Assembly (NCBI RefSeq): GCF_001194135.2
Contig: NC_068987.1
Coordinates: 91,627,975-91,675,413 of the forward strand
Length of the DNA stretch: 47,439 nucleotides
Origin: Octopus bimaculoides
Lineage: Eukaryota
Direction of reading: 5' to 3'
In this document: piece by piece, positions 11,776 to 23,930 of the stretch
How positions within the stretch are numbered: the first letter of the stretch is position 1
How the letters are laid out: each line of letters opens with the position of its first letter
Notes under the pieces: generated by a model
Told to the model about the DNA's origin: nothing
Database searches by the model: none
What the model saw: the letters and a program-made list of their open reading frames with translations, nothing else
Position numbers and translations under genes: made by a program

Positions 11776-13536
11776 GAACGATCGGAATAAAATACTTGGA
11801 AAGAGGAGTGATCGCATAGGGAATCCGTGCAACAAACCGAGGAGAGTGGAAGTAAAGGTTGCTGGTTGTGTTCGAGAGGTGAAAACCTGTGTGAAGCAGA
11901 CAAATATAGATACAAAGTGTGAGATTTTACATAGAAAAAAAAATATTCGAATGAGAAAAATGGAATATAAAAATAAATAATAAAGAAGCAGTGAATGTTG
12001 GAATTAATGCAATCCAACTGATACAGGAGGATCTCCATCCGTGACCAATCAAGACACATCTCAAGACCAAAACTACCGCGGAAAAACAGGACCTGTGCCC
12101 TGTCCAACTGGTGTTTCCAACCAAGAAACGTATCATCACAACAGTCCATTCATTCTTGTCATTTTCACAACTCTCACCTCCACTTCAATAAATTCATTTA
12201 ACGAATTAATTCCACTACTTACTTCTTTGCGTTTACCATCATGTAAGTGAAATTTGAAGAATTCGAGGAAAGCTTTATCAAGTAGGAAAATATCTATAAA
12301 ACTATAAACCGCATTTACCTCACAAGCTCTAAAGCTATAACCATTGGACAAAAGCAAACTGACTTCTGTGCTTGGGTAAATGAGGACAAGGCATCAGGGA
12401 AACCATAACGATGAACTTAGATGATGGATCCATTCAACACTTGACTGCTGTTGTTCGACATAAATCGAAAAGTTTGGCTAAACACCAAAATTTTACTTGT
12501 AAAATCGTTTCGTCGCTCTCATTAGATCTCGGATTGACGTTCCTGCAAACCTACAATACCCTTCAGCACCACTTCCAGTTCAAAGTTTCTGAAGGTCACC
12601 CACAGTTTTCTCCTACCCGAAACACTTACTGAACACCAGATTCAGTCCGTTCTCACCTAAGAATCTCACCACTATCCCTCGTCTTTATTCTTCTGCCAAT
12701 CTTGTTACTCCACCGTTAGAGATCATTGAACACCTGGAACTATGCAGTCTCTAAGACGCCCAGTCTGCTACTCCGTCAAGCGACAAGCTACTGAGTGATG
12801 TGCCTCAGAACGACTGGCGACATGAACTCTATCGAAAAATAACTGCTGTTGGTGCAGCCACAGCTTGTATCTGTGCATTAATAGCTATGTCAGGGCTAGG
12901 TCAGCAAGACGAGGAGGCTTATCCTTTCCACAAGAGGCGGAAGTGTAGAAGTTCACCTAAACGGCAGACGATAGAAAAGCTAGCAAGTAAAATGGTTAAT
13001 GAAAATGAAGACTGCCCATCCTGCTCGTTATCATACGATATCAATTTCGATGTTCTGCTGGAAATCGATATCGGGACCAAACGATTTCCAGTGAGTTTAA
13101 CCGGTTCATCACTCTATGATCCTCTCCTCCACCTCCGGCAAAAAATGTTTCTCTACAGAGCCGACCTACAAGGTAGCAGACGTATCCGGGTTGAATTTAG
13201 CCTCTGCGATCCTCTTGCGTTTCTTTTGAATACTGACGTCCTCAAATCGATGGCACCTGAGACCGTGATGGAAACATCATCTGTGAACGCAGCAGTTGAT
13301 CCAGAATTATAGGGTGAAAGGTGGGAGATAGTGGTAGCAACGATGACGAGCAAGTGGAAGAGGAAAAAGACAAGCCTGTAGGTTATATTATGACAGCGTC
13401 ATGGTTGATATTTGTGGGAAAAGAGTTGCGTGAGAGTAATAGACATATTGGCAAGCAGTTAATTCAATAGAACCTTACAAAAATACCATTAGAAATTTAA
13501 TCATCTCTATACTCAGATACTTATTCTTCTGTAACA

Positions 13537-13584
13537 GACGCCCTCTGATGAGGATCCAACAAGATTCGAAAACTGACTGGTGTT
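13537..13584 (+). ncRNA. Degenerate hammerhead-like motif
   Basis: CTGATGA (13545-13551), stem II GGATC/GATTC with a 6-nt loop, GAAA (13568-13571). Stems I and III are imperfect; GACGCC/GGTGTT can pair but is offset from the core. Confidence 0.4.
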
Positions 13585-13882
13585 GTCCACCATTTTTTCA
13601 ACATACAGAGAAACAGCTAAATTAGCCCTGGGGCTATCTATGTACTATAAAGTCTATGAATTTGCCTTTTTCGTTTCCCTAAATGTTATTCATTATTGTT
13701 AAAGCAGCGAAATATTCACAAATAATAAGCGGTTGTTTACATCCCTAAATCAATTTCAATTTTGACTTTATCTGTTGCTTTTCTTGATTTGTGCCGTTTA
13801 TAAGTTTTTAGTCCTTATTCTCACCGTCAGTATATAGGTGAGAGCTAACATTGTAAAATCTTCATTCGATTACATTTCCGCC

Positions 13883-13932
13883 TCCGCTGATGAAGACAAC
13901 AGCCATTGTTAACTTTCTGCGAAATATCTGAC
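13883..13932 (+). ncRNA. Degenerate hammerhead-like motif
   Basis: CTGATGA (13887-13893), extra A, a weak stem II, GAAA (13921-13924), palindromic ATAT and C17. Stem I has only 2 pairs. Confidence 0.3.
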
Positions 13933-13970
13933 TACGAGCCTGAATTCAAAAACCTACCCAAGTTTCTAAC

Positions 13971-14261
<291 letters not shown>

Positions 14262-15164
14262 TCACTAGAACAACACTGTACAAATCCAAATATATGGTAC
14301 CCTAGGCATAACACNNNNNNNNNNNNNNNNNNNNNNNNNNNNNNNNNNNNNNNNNNNNNNNNNNNNNNNNNNNNNNNNNNNNNNNNNNNNNNNNNNNNNN
14401 NNNNNNNNNNNNNNNNNNNNNNNNNNNNNNNNNNNNNNNNNNNNNNNNNNNNNNNNNNNNNNNNNNNNNNNNNNNNNNNNNNNNNNNNNNNNNNNNNNNN
14501 NNNNNNNNNNNNNNNNNNNNNNNNNNNNNNNNNNNNNNNNNNNNNNNNNNNNNNNNNNNNNNNNNNNNNNNNNNNNNNNNNNNNNNNNNNNNNNNNNNNN
14601 NNNNNNNNNNNNNNNNNNNNNNNNNNNNNNNNNNNNNNNNNNNNNNNNNNNNNNNNNNNNNNNNNNNNNNNNNNNNNNNNNNNNNNNNNNNNNNNNNNNN
14701 NNNNNNNNNNNNNNNNNNNNNNNNNNNNNNNNNNNNNNNNNNNNNNNNNNNNNNNNNNNNNNNNNNNNNNNNNNNNNNNNNNNNNNNNNNNNNNNNNNNN
14801 NNNNNNNNNNNNNNNNNNNNNNNNNNNNNNNNNNNNNNNNNNNNNNNNNNNNNNNNNNNNNNNNNNNNNNNNNNNNNNNNNNNNNNNNNNNNNNNNNNNN
14901 NNNNNNNNNNNNNNNNNNNNNNNNNNTAATCACTATACCGTCTAGCATATATAAAAGTCAACTTCTTTATATTTAAGCCCATTAAATGAATGAACTTCCA
15001 GTACGAATGTTTACGTTTTGTACGTCTTTTTACAGGAAGAAAAAAGAATCTAAAAAAAATGCTGGAAACGATCTACTCTTCTAATTTACGCGCCCACTAA
15101 ACTTTATTTTTATTTTTGTGAAAAAAAAAGTGTGTAAATTACATGGTTTTTTTAAGGTAGATCA

Positions 15165-15435
15165 TGGCTCTCCGTCGGTTACAGCGATGATGTTCCAGTT
15201 GATCTCATCAGCGGTACAGTCTGCTCTTGGTCGTAAAACTAACGTGCAAGTCGATGAGCGCTCCACAAATCCGCGTGCTCTTAACATAGTTCTCAGTGAG
15301 ATTCGGAGTGAGTCAAAGTGTGAAATGATCGGCCCTTTGAAATTACAGGTACTGAAGCAACGTAAAATAAAGTGTCTTGCTCAAGGACATAACACACTGC
15401 CGGATATCGAACTCACAGCCTTACGATCATGAGCC
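15165..15435 (-). mobile_element. tRNA-derived SINE (family C)
   Basis: Minus-strand head with a B-box-like GAGTTCGATATCC and TGTCCTTGAGCAAGACACTTTATT, followed by a non-microsatellite body. A similar head lies at ~28060-28160. Confidence 0.65.
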
Positions 15436-15764
15436 TAATCAGAGAAGACAGAGGAGATTTTATGAAATATATGTAGAATAAAACATGATTTTATTTTCAA
15501 GTGTTTCTTTGTTTTACCTGTATTTATAAACTTATATACGTTATTAATGTAACGCTGAGCTTTTAATATTTTAATGTGTCCTGTGGTAATCGATTTGCAC
15601 ATACGAAATATTTTCACGTTACAATTGCGAACATATAGAGATGGTTGTGTGCACGTGCGTATGATACTATGTGTGTGTACGTCTTTCTATGTGTGTGTGT
15701 GTCCAAAATTATATGCAAACGGGAATAGTGTTATAGACAAGAGAATGTAAGCGAGAGCGATGGG

Positions 15765-15801
15765 GAGAGAGAGAGAAAGAGAGAGAAGAAAGGAGAGATA
15801 A

Positions 15802-15850
<49 letters not shown>

Positions 15851-15870
15851 GAGTGATAGAGAGTAAGAGA
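15765..15870 (+). repeat. (GA)n microsatellite
   Basis: Directly visible. Confidence 0.95.
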
Positions 15871-16432
15871 GAAAAATAGAGAGAAAAATGGTTACAAATA
15901 TTCCATTGGAGAAAATATTTTTGATATGTCATAATATTTTTATGGCAAAAATGGAGATAAGCAGTAAAAACAGAAAGAGAGAGAGAGGCATTGTGTGTGT
16001 GTGAGAGAGAGAGAGATAGTGTGTGAGAGAGGCTGGGGAGAGAGAGAAGCTGTGGAAAAGGAGAAAGGGAGTAATAAATAAACACAAAAATAAACAAACA
16101 ATAGAAAAAATTATCGTAGCAGATTCATGTTATTCTAGATAGAAAATGTGGTGCAAATAACAGCACTGAAAACAACGAAGACGTTTGATAGCACTGGTAT
16201 TAATTGATGAGCTGCAGTAATAAGTGGCGTGAACAACAACACTAAGAAGACAAGTTGGTAGCCATCAACATGATGATAAATCTGATGTTGATGATGATGA
16301 CTAAAATGATGAAGATTCTCATTTGCGTAGTCCACCACCTCCTCCTCCTACTACTCCTGCTCCACCTTCACCTCATCCCTATCTTTATAGCACTAGTGAT
16401 TCATTCATGATCCAGTTGCCTCAGTGTTAAAC

Positions 16433-16464
16433 ATGATGATGATGATGATCATCATCATCATCAT
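16433..16464. repeat. Perfect 32-bp palindrome (ATG)n/(CAT)n
   Basis: Symmetric about 16448/16449, checked base by base. Confidence 0.95.
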
Positions 16465-16666
16465 CAACATCATCACCACACCTCCTCCGCCTCACGTCTG
16501 TTTCTTTTTTTTCTCCCAATTTTGCAATATTAATAAAACAAAACACTAACATTTATTTTATAATGGTTGATTATCATCATGATCAGCATCATCATAAATA
16601 TCAAAGCCATTTTTCTTCATCACTTACAACTATTAAATTAGCTCCTACAGGTCCAGCAACAGCGGG

Positions 16667-16749
<83 letters not shown>
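16667..16749 (+). repeat. (CTA)n microsatellite
   Basis: Directly visible. Confidence 0.97.
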
Positions 16750-17226
16750 CGCTGCAGCAGCTTTCCTTATTATTTTTCTTATCATCAATATTATGAAGAA
16801 CAGAAAACACAGCAAGAAAACGAACAGAAGCAGCAAAAAAGATAGTTATAATGATAATATAAATTAGATATGTATATATTAAACTACACATACACAAACT
16901 ACACGAAATAATACGCTATAAAACATTCACGCACATACACACACACACACGCGCGCGTGCACAGACGCCCACATAAAACACCCATCTACATGTATGTGTC
17001 CGAGTGCGTGTATATTCGCGGTAGACATTCATGCGTGTTGATGGAGAAAGGTAGTAAAGGGAATTATTTGACAACTGAAAGATGAGTAAATATTATACTA
17101 AGGTCATACTTCGGTCGTTTCATTTGCTAATGTTCATACAACAATGTGTGAGTGCGTGTGTGTGAACTTGTGCATGTGTGCATGCATATCTTATGTACCT
17201 ATGTATATGTTTATTAATACACATAT

Positions 17227-17294
<68 letters not shown>

Positions 17295-17332
17295 GCATAT
17301 ATATCCATATATGTAATATCTATAAGTGTCTG

Positions 17333-17382
<50 letters not shown>

Positions 17383-17660
17383 GCATATCAGTATGTATAT
17401 ATGCATACACGTACACACACACACACTCACACACACATATGTATTCCAACGCACCTAAGACTATATATTATTTCACATTCGCTTTGTTTCCATCTTTTGT
17501 TTGTCTTTTTACCAATTCCTTCATTTCTTTTTTTAGTTATATCTTCTAATTTAATATTCTCCTACCCACATATACTGCCGCTCTCTTTCTCTCTCCACCT
17601 CTTACTCCTCCTTTCTCATTCACTAAAACACATAAATACACTTTCTCTCTATCTCCACCA

Positions 17661-17712
<52 letters not shown>

Positions 17713-18033
17713 TATCCATTTCTATCCTACGCCTTTGTACAATGACCAATGTTCATTGCTTATCTTGGAAGCTTCAATCTCTGGAGAAATTTCAGTAATG
17801 AGGTAAGGCTAGTAATATTCCGAGTGCAATAACAATATCCTTCTTCTGACTAATATTACGAAGGCAAATAATAGAAATATACAAAGAAGAACGTAAGACA
17901 ATATATAACAAGAAGTTCAAGTTACAAATGATGCTAGCGGAGGAGGCTGATGCCGTTTTGAGTTGTTGTTGCTGTCGTGGACTTTGTAGTTGTTGACCTT
18001 AAAGCTTTGGCTGACATATTGATACTGTTGCTC

Positions 18034-18065
<32 letters not shown>

Positions 18066-18633
18066 GGTGTTGTTGGTGTTGACAATGATAGCAACAGTGA
18101 AGAGTAAGTAGAACACTAATGTATTTTTATTTGGTTGACAAATACTAAAAGTGAAATATCACCTGACCGTCTTGTACATTCTCATGAGGTTCAGCCAGCT
18201 ATTATCTTGGTATATAACTATGTACAGAGAAATTGTCAAGAACGTTCTGAATTGTGATAAATTTCCAGATAAGATGCTGAGCAGAAAATAAAGCAAAAGA
18301 AGGTGGCATGAAATGTAGCGTATTCGAAATTAGTATTAACAATTTTGGACTAGTTTTCAAATAAGAAAATAAATCATAAATATATGTTTATATTATTTCG
18401 TGTTTCCATCGATTTGTGAGAGACTGTATAAATTGATGATGTGAATTTCCATGGATACATAGACATTTGATTTCGTATTTCGTGTTGAAACGATGTGGAG
18501 ATGTATCGGTTCCCATCATGCCACATTCCATTCAGTTTGTAGCACACCCTCTTTAGTGAAATTGGTAGACGGAATCTTACACTTATATCCTCGTCCACAT
18601 TTATACAATCTCCTCCACATACGCGCACGTTAA

Positions 18634-18672
<39 letters not shown>

Positions 18673-19199
18673 ATACATGTACACACTCACACATAAACAC
18701 ACACACGTATATGCCTGTCAGGATGTCTTCATAGCAGTGCAATGTGAACAAATTCCTGCGACTGAATGAAGACAGCTTCCATAAATGGCCTTCATCTCCG
18801 ATCTAGATCCTTAGAAAGATCGTTGATGACCCAGAAATTTTGAACCGAAGGCGTGGATTTCTCCAGAGTCTCGAGAAAGACTTCCTGGCATTCAAGTTAC
18901 AAAGCTGGAATGGCTCTAAAATCTTTCGCTATATCTAGCAATCATAAAAGTCAATGAGTATTTAGAGATGGGCAACGTCATCATATTTTATTTTTCCGCT
19001 ATTATTATTTCGCTATTATTTTCGCTTACTTTCGTGAACACAGATTGTTTCTAAGTGGAAAATTTACAAGCATGATAATTAAAAAATACAAGACCCTTCT
19101 GTGAAAAACGGCAATTTCTATAAGAAATCTATCACTTCCTTCATTAATGCAGTTTTAATAGTTTTTCATGCATTTCTGTATTAAGGCCCCACATCTATA

Positions 19200-19350
19200 G
19201 GCGCAGGCGTGAAGTGTAGTAAGAAGCTTGATTCTCAATCACATGGTTCCGTGTTCAGTCCCACTGTGTGGCACCTAAGGCAAGTGTCTTCTACTATAGC
19301 CTGGGGCCGATCAAAGCCTTGTGAGTGGACTAAAAGAAGCCCGTCGTATA
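19200..19350 (+). mobile_element. Family A tRNA-derived SINE head (CORE-like), with an internal deletion
   Basis: GGCGCAGGCGTG...GGTTCCGTGTTCAGTCCCACTG.GTGGCACCTAAGGCAAGTGTCTTCTACTATAGCC...AAGAAGCCCGTCG followed by (TA)n. Confidence 0.85.
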
Positions 19351-19644
19351 TATATATGTGTATGTATGTATGTATATACTGAAATAGGGTAAAATTAATG
19401 ATTAATAATTTTACCAACTAATTCGGTATGTTAAAAGAACCATTATCTGTAAACTTGTACAAAAATTTTATAATTATAAGCATAATTATAATTAGGGTTC
19501 AGCAAAATTGCTTCACCACATACCGAAATTTAGAAATAGCAATTGAATACTATTCCACTACCATAAGATATCTCGGAAACAGCAATACTCCCAACTCTTG
19601 CAGGCAAAGAGAAAAAATAACGATCTCACCCGGCTTTGATCAAC

Positions 19645-19709
19645 TACATACGCGTTCCTGGATTAAAGAGATGTAAAACATTTTACTCACCTATTCCGTC
19701 TTCAGTATA
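19645..19709 (-). ncRNA. Minimal type-I hammerhead motif (left arm)
   Basis: TATA-CTGAAGA-CGGA..loop..TCCA-GGAAC-GCGT-A-TGTA. Stem III is the palindrome ACGCGT, the triplet is GUA and stem I has 4 pairs. GGAA replaces GAAA. Confidence 0.6.
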
Positions 19710-19963
19710 ATATTTCAATTATAAATCTGGGAGTGCTAATAAATAAGATATGTATTCAACCAAGAGCCATCAAATAGCTTATATCCAAAAACCACAACTT
19801 TCGAATTTATATAGATGAGTAAGAACTAGCATTCTTCCCCAATCAACCATGTGCGCTACGAGTAATCCCGCAGAAACTGCAGTTTACTATCAGGGAGTGA
19901 ATGCATATCTTAGTCGAATATATATCTTAATTATTAGCACTCTCAGATTTATAATTGAAATAA

Positions 19964-20027
19964 TATACTGAAGACGGAAATAAGTGAATAAAGTGTTTTT
20001 CATGTCTTTAATCTAGAAACGTATATA
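19964..20027 (+). ncRNA. Minimal type-I hammerhead motif (right arm)
   Basis: TATA-CTGAAGA(19968-19974)-CGGA..loop..TCTA-GAAAC(20016-20020)-GTA-TATA. Stem III is the palindrome ACGT and stem I is TATA/TATA. Confidence 0.6.
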
Positions 20028-20224
20028 CCGTTAATCAAAGCCGTGTGGATTCGTTATTTTTTTCTCTTTGCCTGCGTGAGTTGGGAGTTTTGCTGTCTGG
20101 AAATATCTTATGGTACTGGAATAGTATTTAACTGCTATTTCTAAATTTCGGTATGTGGTGAAGCAATCTTGCTGAACCCTAATTATAATTATGCTTATAA
20201 TTATGCTTATAATTATGAAATTTT

Positions 20225-20267
<43 letters not shown>

Positions 20268-20270
<3 letters not shown>

Positions 20271-20430
20271 CGACGGGCTTCTTTCAGTTTCCGTCTGCCA
20301 AATACACTCACAAAGCTTTTGTCGAGTCAAGGTTATAGATTATAGAAGAAGACACTTGCTCAAGGTGCCACGCGATGAGACTGAACCCGGAACGATGTGG
20401 TTGGGAAGCAAGCTTCTTCCCACACACTAT
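20268..20430 (-). mobile_element. Family A SINE head
   Basis: Reverse complement reads AAGAAGCTTGCTTCCCAACCACATCGTTCCGGGTTCAG...GTGGCACCTTGAGCAAGTGTCTTC...GACGGAAACTGAAAGAAGCCCGTCG followed by (TA)n. Confidence 0.85.
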
Positions 20431-20690
20431 GATGTTGAAATTTTTACAAAAACAAAAAGAAAGAAGCAAAAAAATGAAACATGTAAGATAGGATTGCGTG
20501 GTTCAGAAGCTCGTTTTACAACTCCGTGGTTTCTGGTTCAATGTCACTAAACAACACCTTGGGAAACTCTCTTCTACTCTAACTCTGGGTCTACCAATGC
20601 CTCCGAGTGAATTTGGCAGGTGTGAGAACCCGTAGTATGAATGTACATACGAGCACATATACACACAAGCACACGCACGCACGCACACAC

Positions 20691-20728
<38 letters not shown>

Positions 20729-21341
20729 ATATATGCATGTGTGCATGCATGTATGTGTGTGTATATGTGTGTATCTTTGTGACTGACAGCCTGTGATAGT
20801 TTGTTTACAATCTTGTAATATAGAGGTTCGGCAAAGCCCACTGATAGAATAAGCGTGACACTAAAGAGAAAAAAGATAAAATGAAATGAGGAATGGGGTG
20901 GATTTATTCGACTAAAACCTTCTGTAACAAAGCTCCAGTATGGGCGAATCCAAATGATGAAATAGGTAAAATGTAAAAGACACAATTCGACGGCTATCAA
21001 ATGGCAGACAATCATAGTGATCGTCTGGCAGAAGATGGGGGAATATCTGAAGTCCTGTAAGGCTGTTTTGCAAACATCAATGAGAGCGTATCAGACTGAA
21101 ATAAAAACCAGAGATAATTTCTAATGGAACGTGAGGGAAGTAAAAGGTAAACTTAATCTAAGCTGTTTGCTGGGATTTCACTCATAGGAACTCTACAAAC
21201 AATACATCCGAAAGATTCTCCAAATATTTAATTTTCTATCTCATCCTCCATGCTTCTCTTTCTCTCTGTCTATGTCTCCCTCTCTCTCTCTTCTTATGTA
21301 TGATTTTATACAACACATACGCACGCGTTTGTAATTGGAAT

Positions 21342-21375
<34 letters not shown>

Positions 21376-21377
21376 AC

Positions 21378-21415
<38 letters not shown>

Positions 21416-21965
21416 GTAGGTAGATAGATACGATCAAATATGCTTTAGACTAACTCTGTAATATTATGAAATAAACGGATATATATGTGTAAGGGCGTAT
21501 GGGCGTATACATCTATGCCATGTATATATGTATGTACATAAAATATATATATCTATATATTAAAACACACACGTGCACACACATACATGCAACCCCCCCC
21601 ACACACACACACGTGCACACACACTTTTCAGGCGTGATTTAATACTACGCTGATACGCATGTTAATATACACGCTCATATATACAAACACAGACTCTATC
21701 TTATGAAATATTTACGTGGACACGTATTTATACGGAATACAATCGGTGCCATATTTTCAATTAACTAAAAGGGTTAGATAAGCCGATTTAGTTCGGAAAA
21801 ATAACTACAGATCCGCTCAACAATGGCAGAAGCATCGTGTGCGGAACAGGAATAATGTTAGTCTATATCTGAATTGGAATTCGCTGCAAGATGAGTGCGT
21901 TACAATAATACATAGATAAATGCATACATGTATTCACACATATACAGATACACATATATGCATAT

Positions 21966-22012
<47 letters not shown>

Positions 22013-22359
22013 NNNNNNNNNNNNNNNNNNNNNNNNNNNNNNNNNNNNNNNNNNNNNNNNNNNNNNNNNNNNNNNNNNNNNNNNNNNNNNNNNNNNNNNN
22101 NNNNNNNNNNNNNNNNNNNNNNNNNNNNNNNNNNNNNNNNNNNNNNNNNNNNNNNNNNNNNNNNNNNNNNNNNNNNNNNNNNNNNNNNNNNNNNNNNNNN
22201 NNNNNNNNNNNNNNNNNNNNNNNNNNNNNNNNNNNNNNNNNNNNNNNNNNNNNNNNNNNNNNNNNNNNNNNNNNNNNNNNNNNNNNNNNNNNNNNNNNNN
22301 NNNNNNNNNNNNNNNNNNNNNNNNNNNNNNNNNNNNNNNNNNNNNNNNNNNNNNNNNNN

Positions 22360-22404
<45 letters not shown>

Positions 22405-22750
22405 GTATGATTGTGTTAAGTATATAGGCATTGGTGTATATCTACATGTGTGTGACACTCTTTACTAACCAATGTAAAAGATTGATCTGAATTGCGTCCC
22501 TTTCTCTTAAAAGTACAACTTCGGTGCTGAGATGATCGGAGATCAATGTAATAACCAATAATATGTAATAATTAAGCTGCTCCTCATGACTGCCTTGGGT
22601 AGTCTCCGAACATGGCAACCGCCCAAGAACCGGAAACAACAGACGTAATAAGCGAATAAATAATTCTACATACATAAATGCATGTATATGTATGTGTGTG
22701 TGTGTATGTGTGTATGTGTGTGTGTGAGTACGTGTGTGTATGTGTATGTG

Positions 22751-22784
<34 letters not shown>

Positions 22785-22930
22785 AACATACACGCGCGCG
22801 CGCGCACACACAACCACACACATGTAAATATCATTTAGAGGATCGATTTGCGAGCACGTGGTTTCATATTCAGTCTCGCTGCGCGGCAGTTGTCTTGTAT
22901 AATCCCTAGCCGAACTGTGGAAGCCCCTCG

Positions 22931-22988
<58 letters not shown>

Positions 22989-22992
22989 CATC
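22931..22992 (+). repeat. (TATC)n microsatellite
   Basis: Directly visible. Confidence 0.95.
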
Positions 22993-23094
22993 TATATATC
23001 TACCTGTCTGTCTGTCTGTTTGTCTCTCTCTGTGTCTCTCTCTCTCTCCCTCTCTGTCTCTCTATGTAAATGCGTGTGTTTTTGTCCTACCAGC

Positions 23095-23210
23095 ACCACT
23101 TCAAAACTGTTGTTGGTTTGTTTACAGTCACCTAACTTACGGGTCTACACAAAAAACCCCCCGATATAGTGAGTACCGGATGTTATAAAAACAAATACTA
23201 GGTCTGATTT
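23095..23210 (+). mobile_element. Highly decayed family A SINE 3' body
   Basis: TTTAC...TAACTTA...AAAAA..CCGATA..A..AGTAC is collinear with 5790-5850. Confidence 0.4.
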
Positions 23211-23373
23211 ACCTCATTAACCCATCAAGATACTAGTCTAAAATGGTTGCCACCCAAATACACGAAACCCAGTAAAACAAAATTTTCTCTTGATTTTATA
23301 TTCTAATTCTAACCCCAATGCTGCCACATTTTTTAATAAACGATCGGAATGTCTTTCACTACAGACGCACGTG

Positions 23374-23459
23374 ATTTTGTATATTAGCAGCTGGTTAGAT
23401 CTTCTAAAGATGTTGAATCTTATTTTGTATATTAGCAGTTGGTTAAAGATGGTGAATCT
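23374..23459 (+). repeat. Imperfect tandem duplication, period 48 bp
   Basis: ATTTTGTATATTAGCAG.TGGTT...AAAGATG.TGAATCT starts at 23374 and again at 23422. Confidence 0.9.
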
Positions 23460-23489
23460 CTTTCTCATTGACATCACTAAATGGAGGTG

Positions 23490-23930
23490 GGTAACGTTTG
23501 TTTCGTAAACGCGCTGCGCGTCTCACTGGTGTTGATAATCATCACCTGATTTCCTTTCCCTGTCGTATTACACCCTTAATTTTGAACATTTTCTCTTCAA
23601 TCATAATCATATTCTCGCTACTCGCCGATGCAGTTTTGCATCATAACAATGCTGGAAAATTGGAGTTCCTAAGCTGCGAACATAATGTGTTCATCGCTGT
23701 CTTGATTTTTCGCTTATTGCTTGTATTTTTTCTTTCGACAGTTACTCTATGTAAAACGCTCCTTACTACATTTGCGGCAATTGGATTTTTTGTCCAGCAC
23801 CAAATGCTTCATATCGTCACCTGAGCATAGCTGAAATATTGCCTTGTGCCCTTCTGGGAGGGGAAGTCATGTCGTATTAATCCACATTGATATCTCTGAG
23901 TCTCTTTTACCTCTGGTCAGCTCTCATTAA
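23490..23930 (-). mobile_element. Possible very decayed RTE-like LINE RT remnant
   Basis: The minus strand gives EEKMFKIKGVIRQG (cf. F.I..GVRQGD) about 350 bp downstream of a frameshifted K.D.RDI..(NY)R-like segment. Weak evidence. Confidence 0.35.

Larger units (their letters stand above)
19458..20228. mobile_element. Fold-back element with ~310-bp inverted arms (19458-19765 and 19908-20228) and a ~140-bp spacer; each arm carries a hammerhead motif (Penelope pLTR-like)
   Basis: The arms align by eye at roughly 85-90% identity, with an exact 35-bp match between 19507-19541 and the reverse complement of 20133-20167. Confidence 0.85.
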
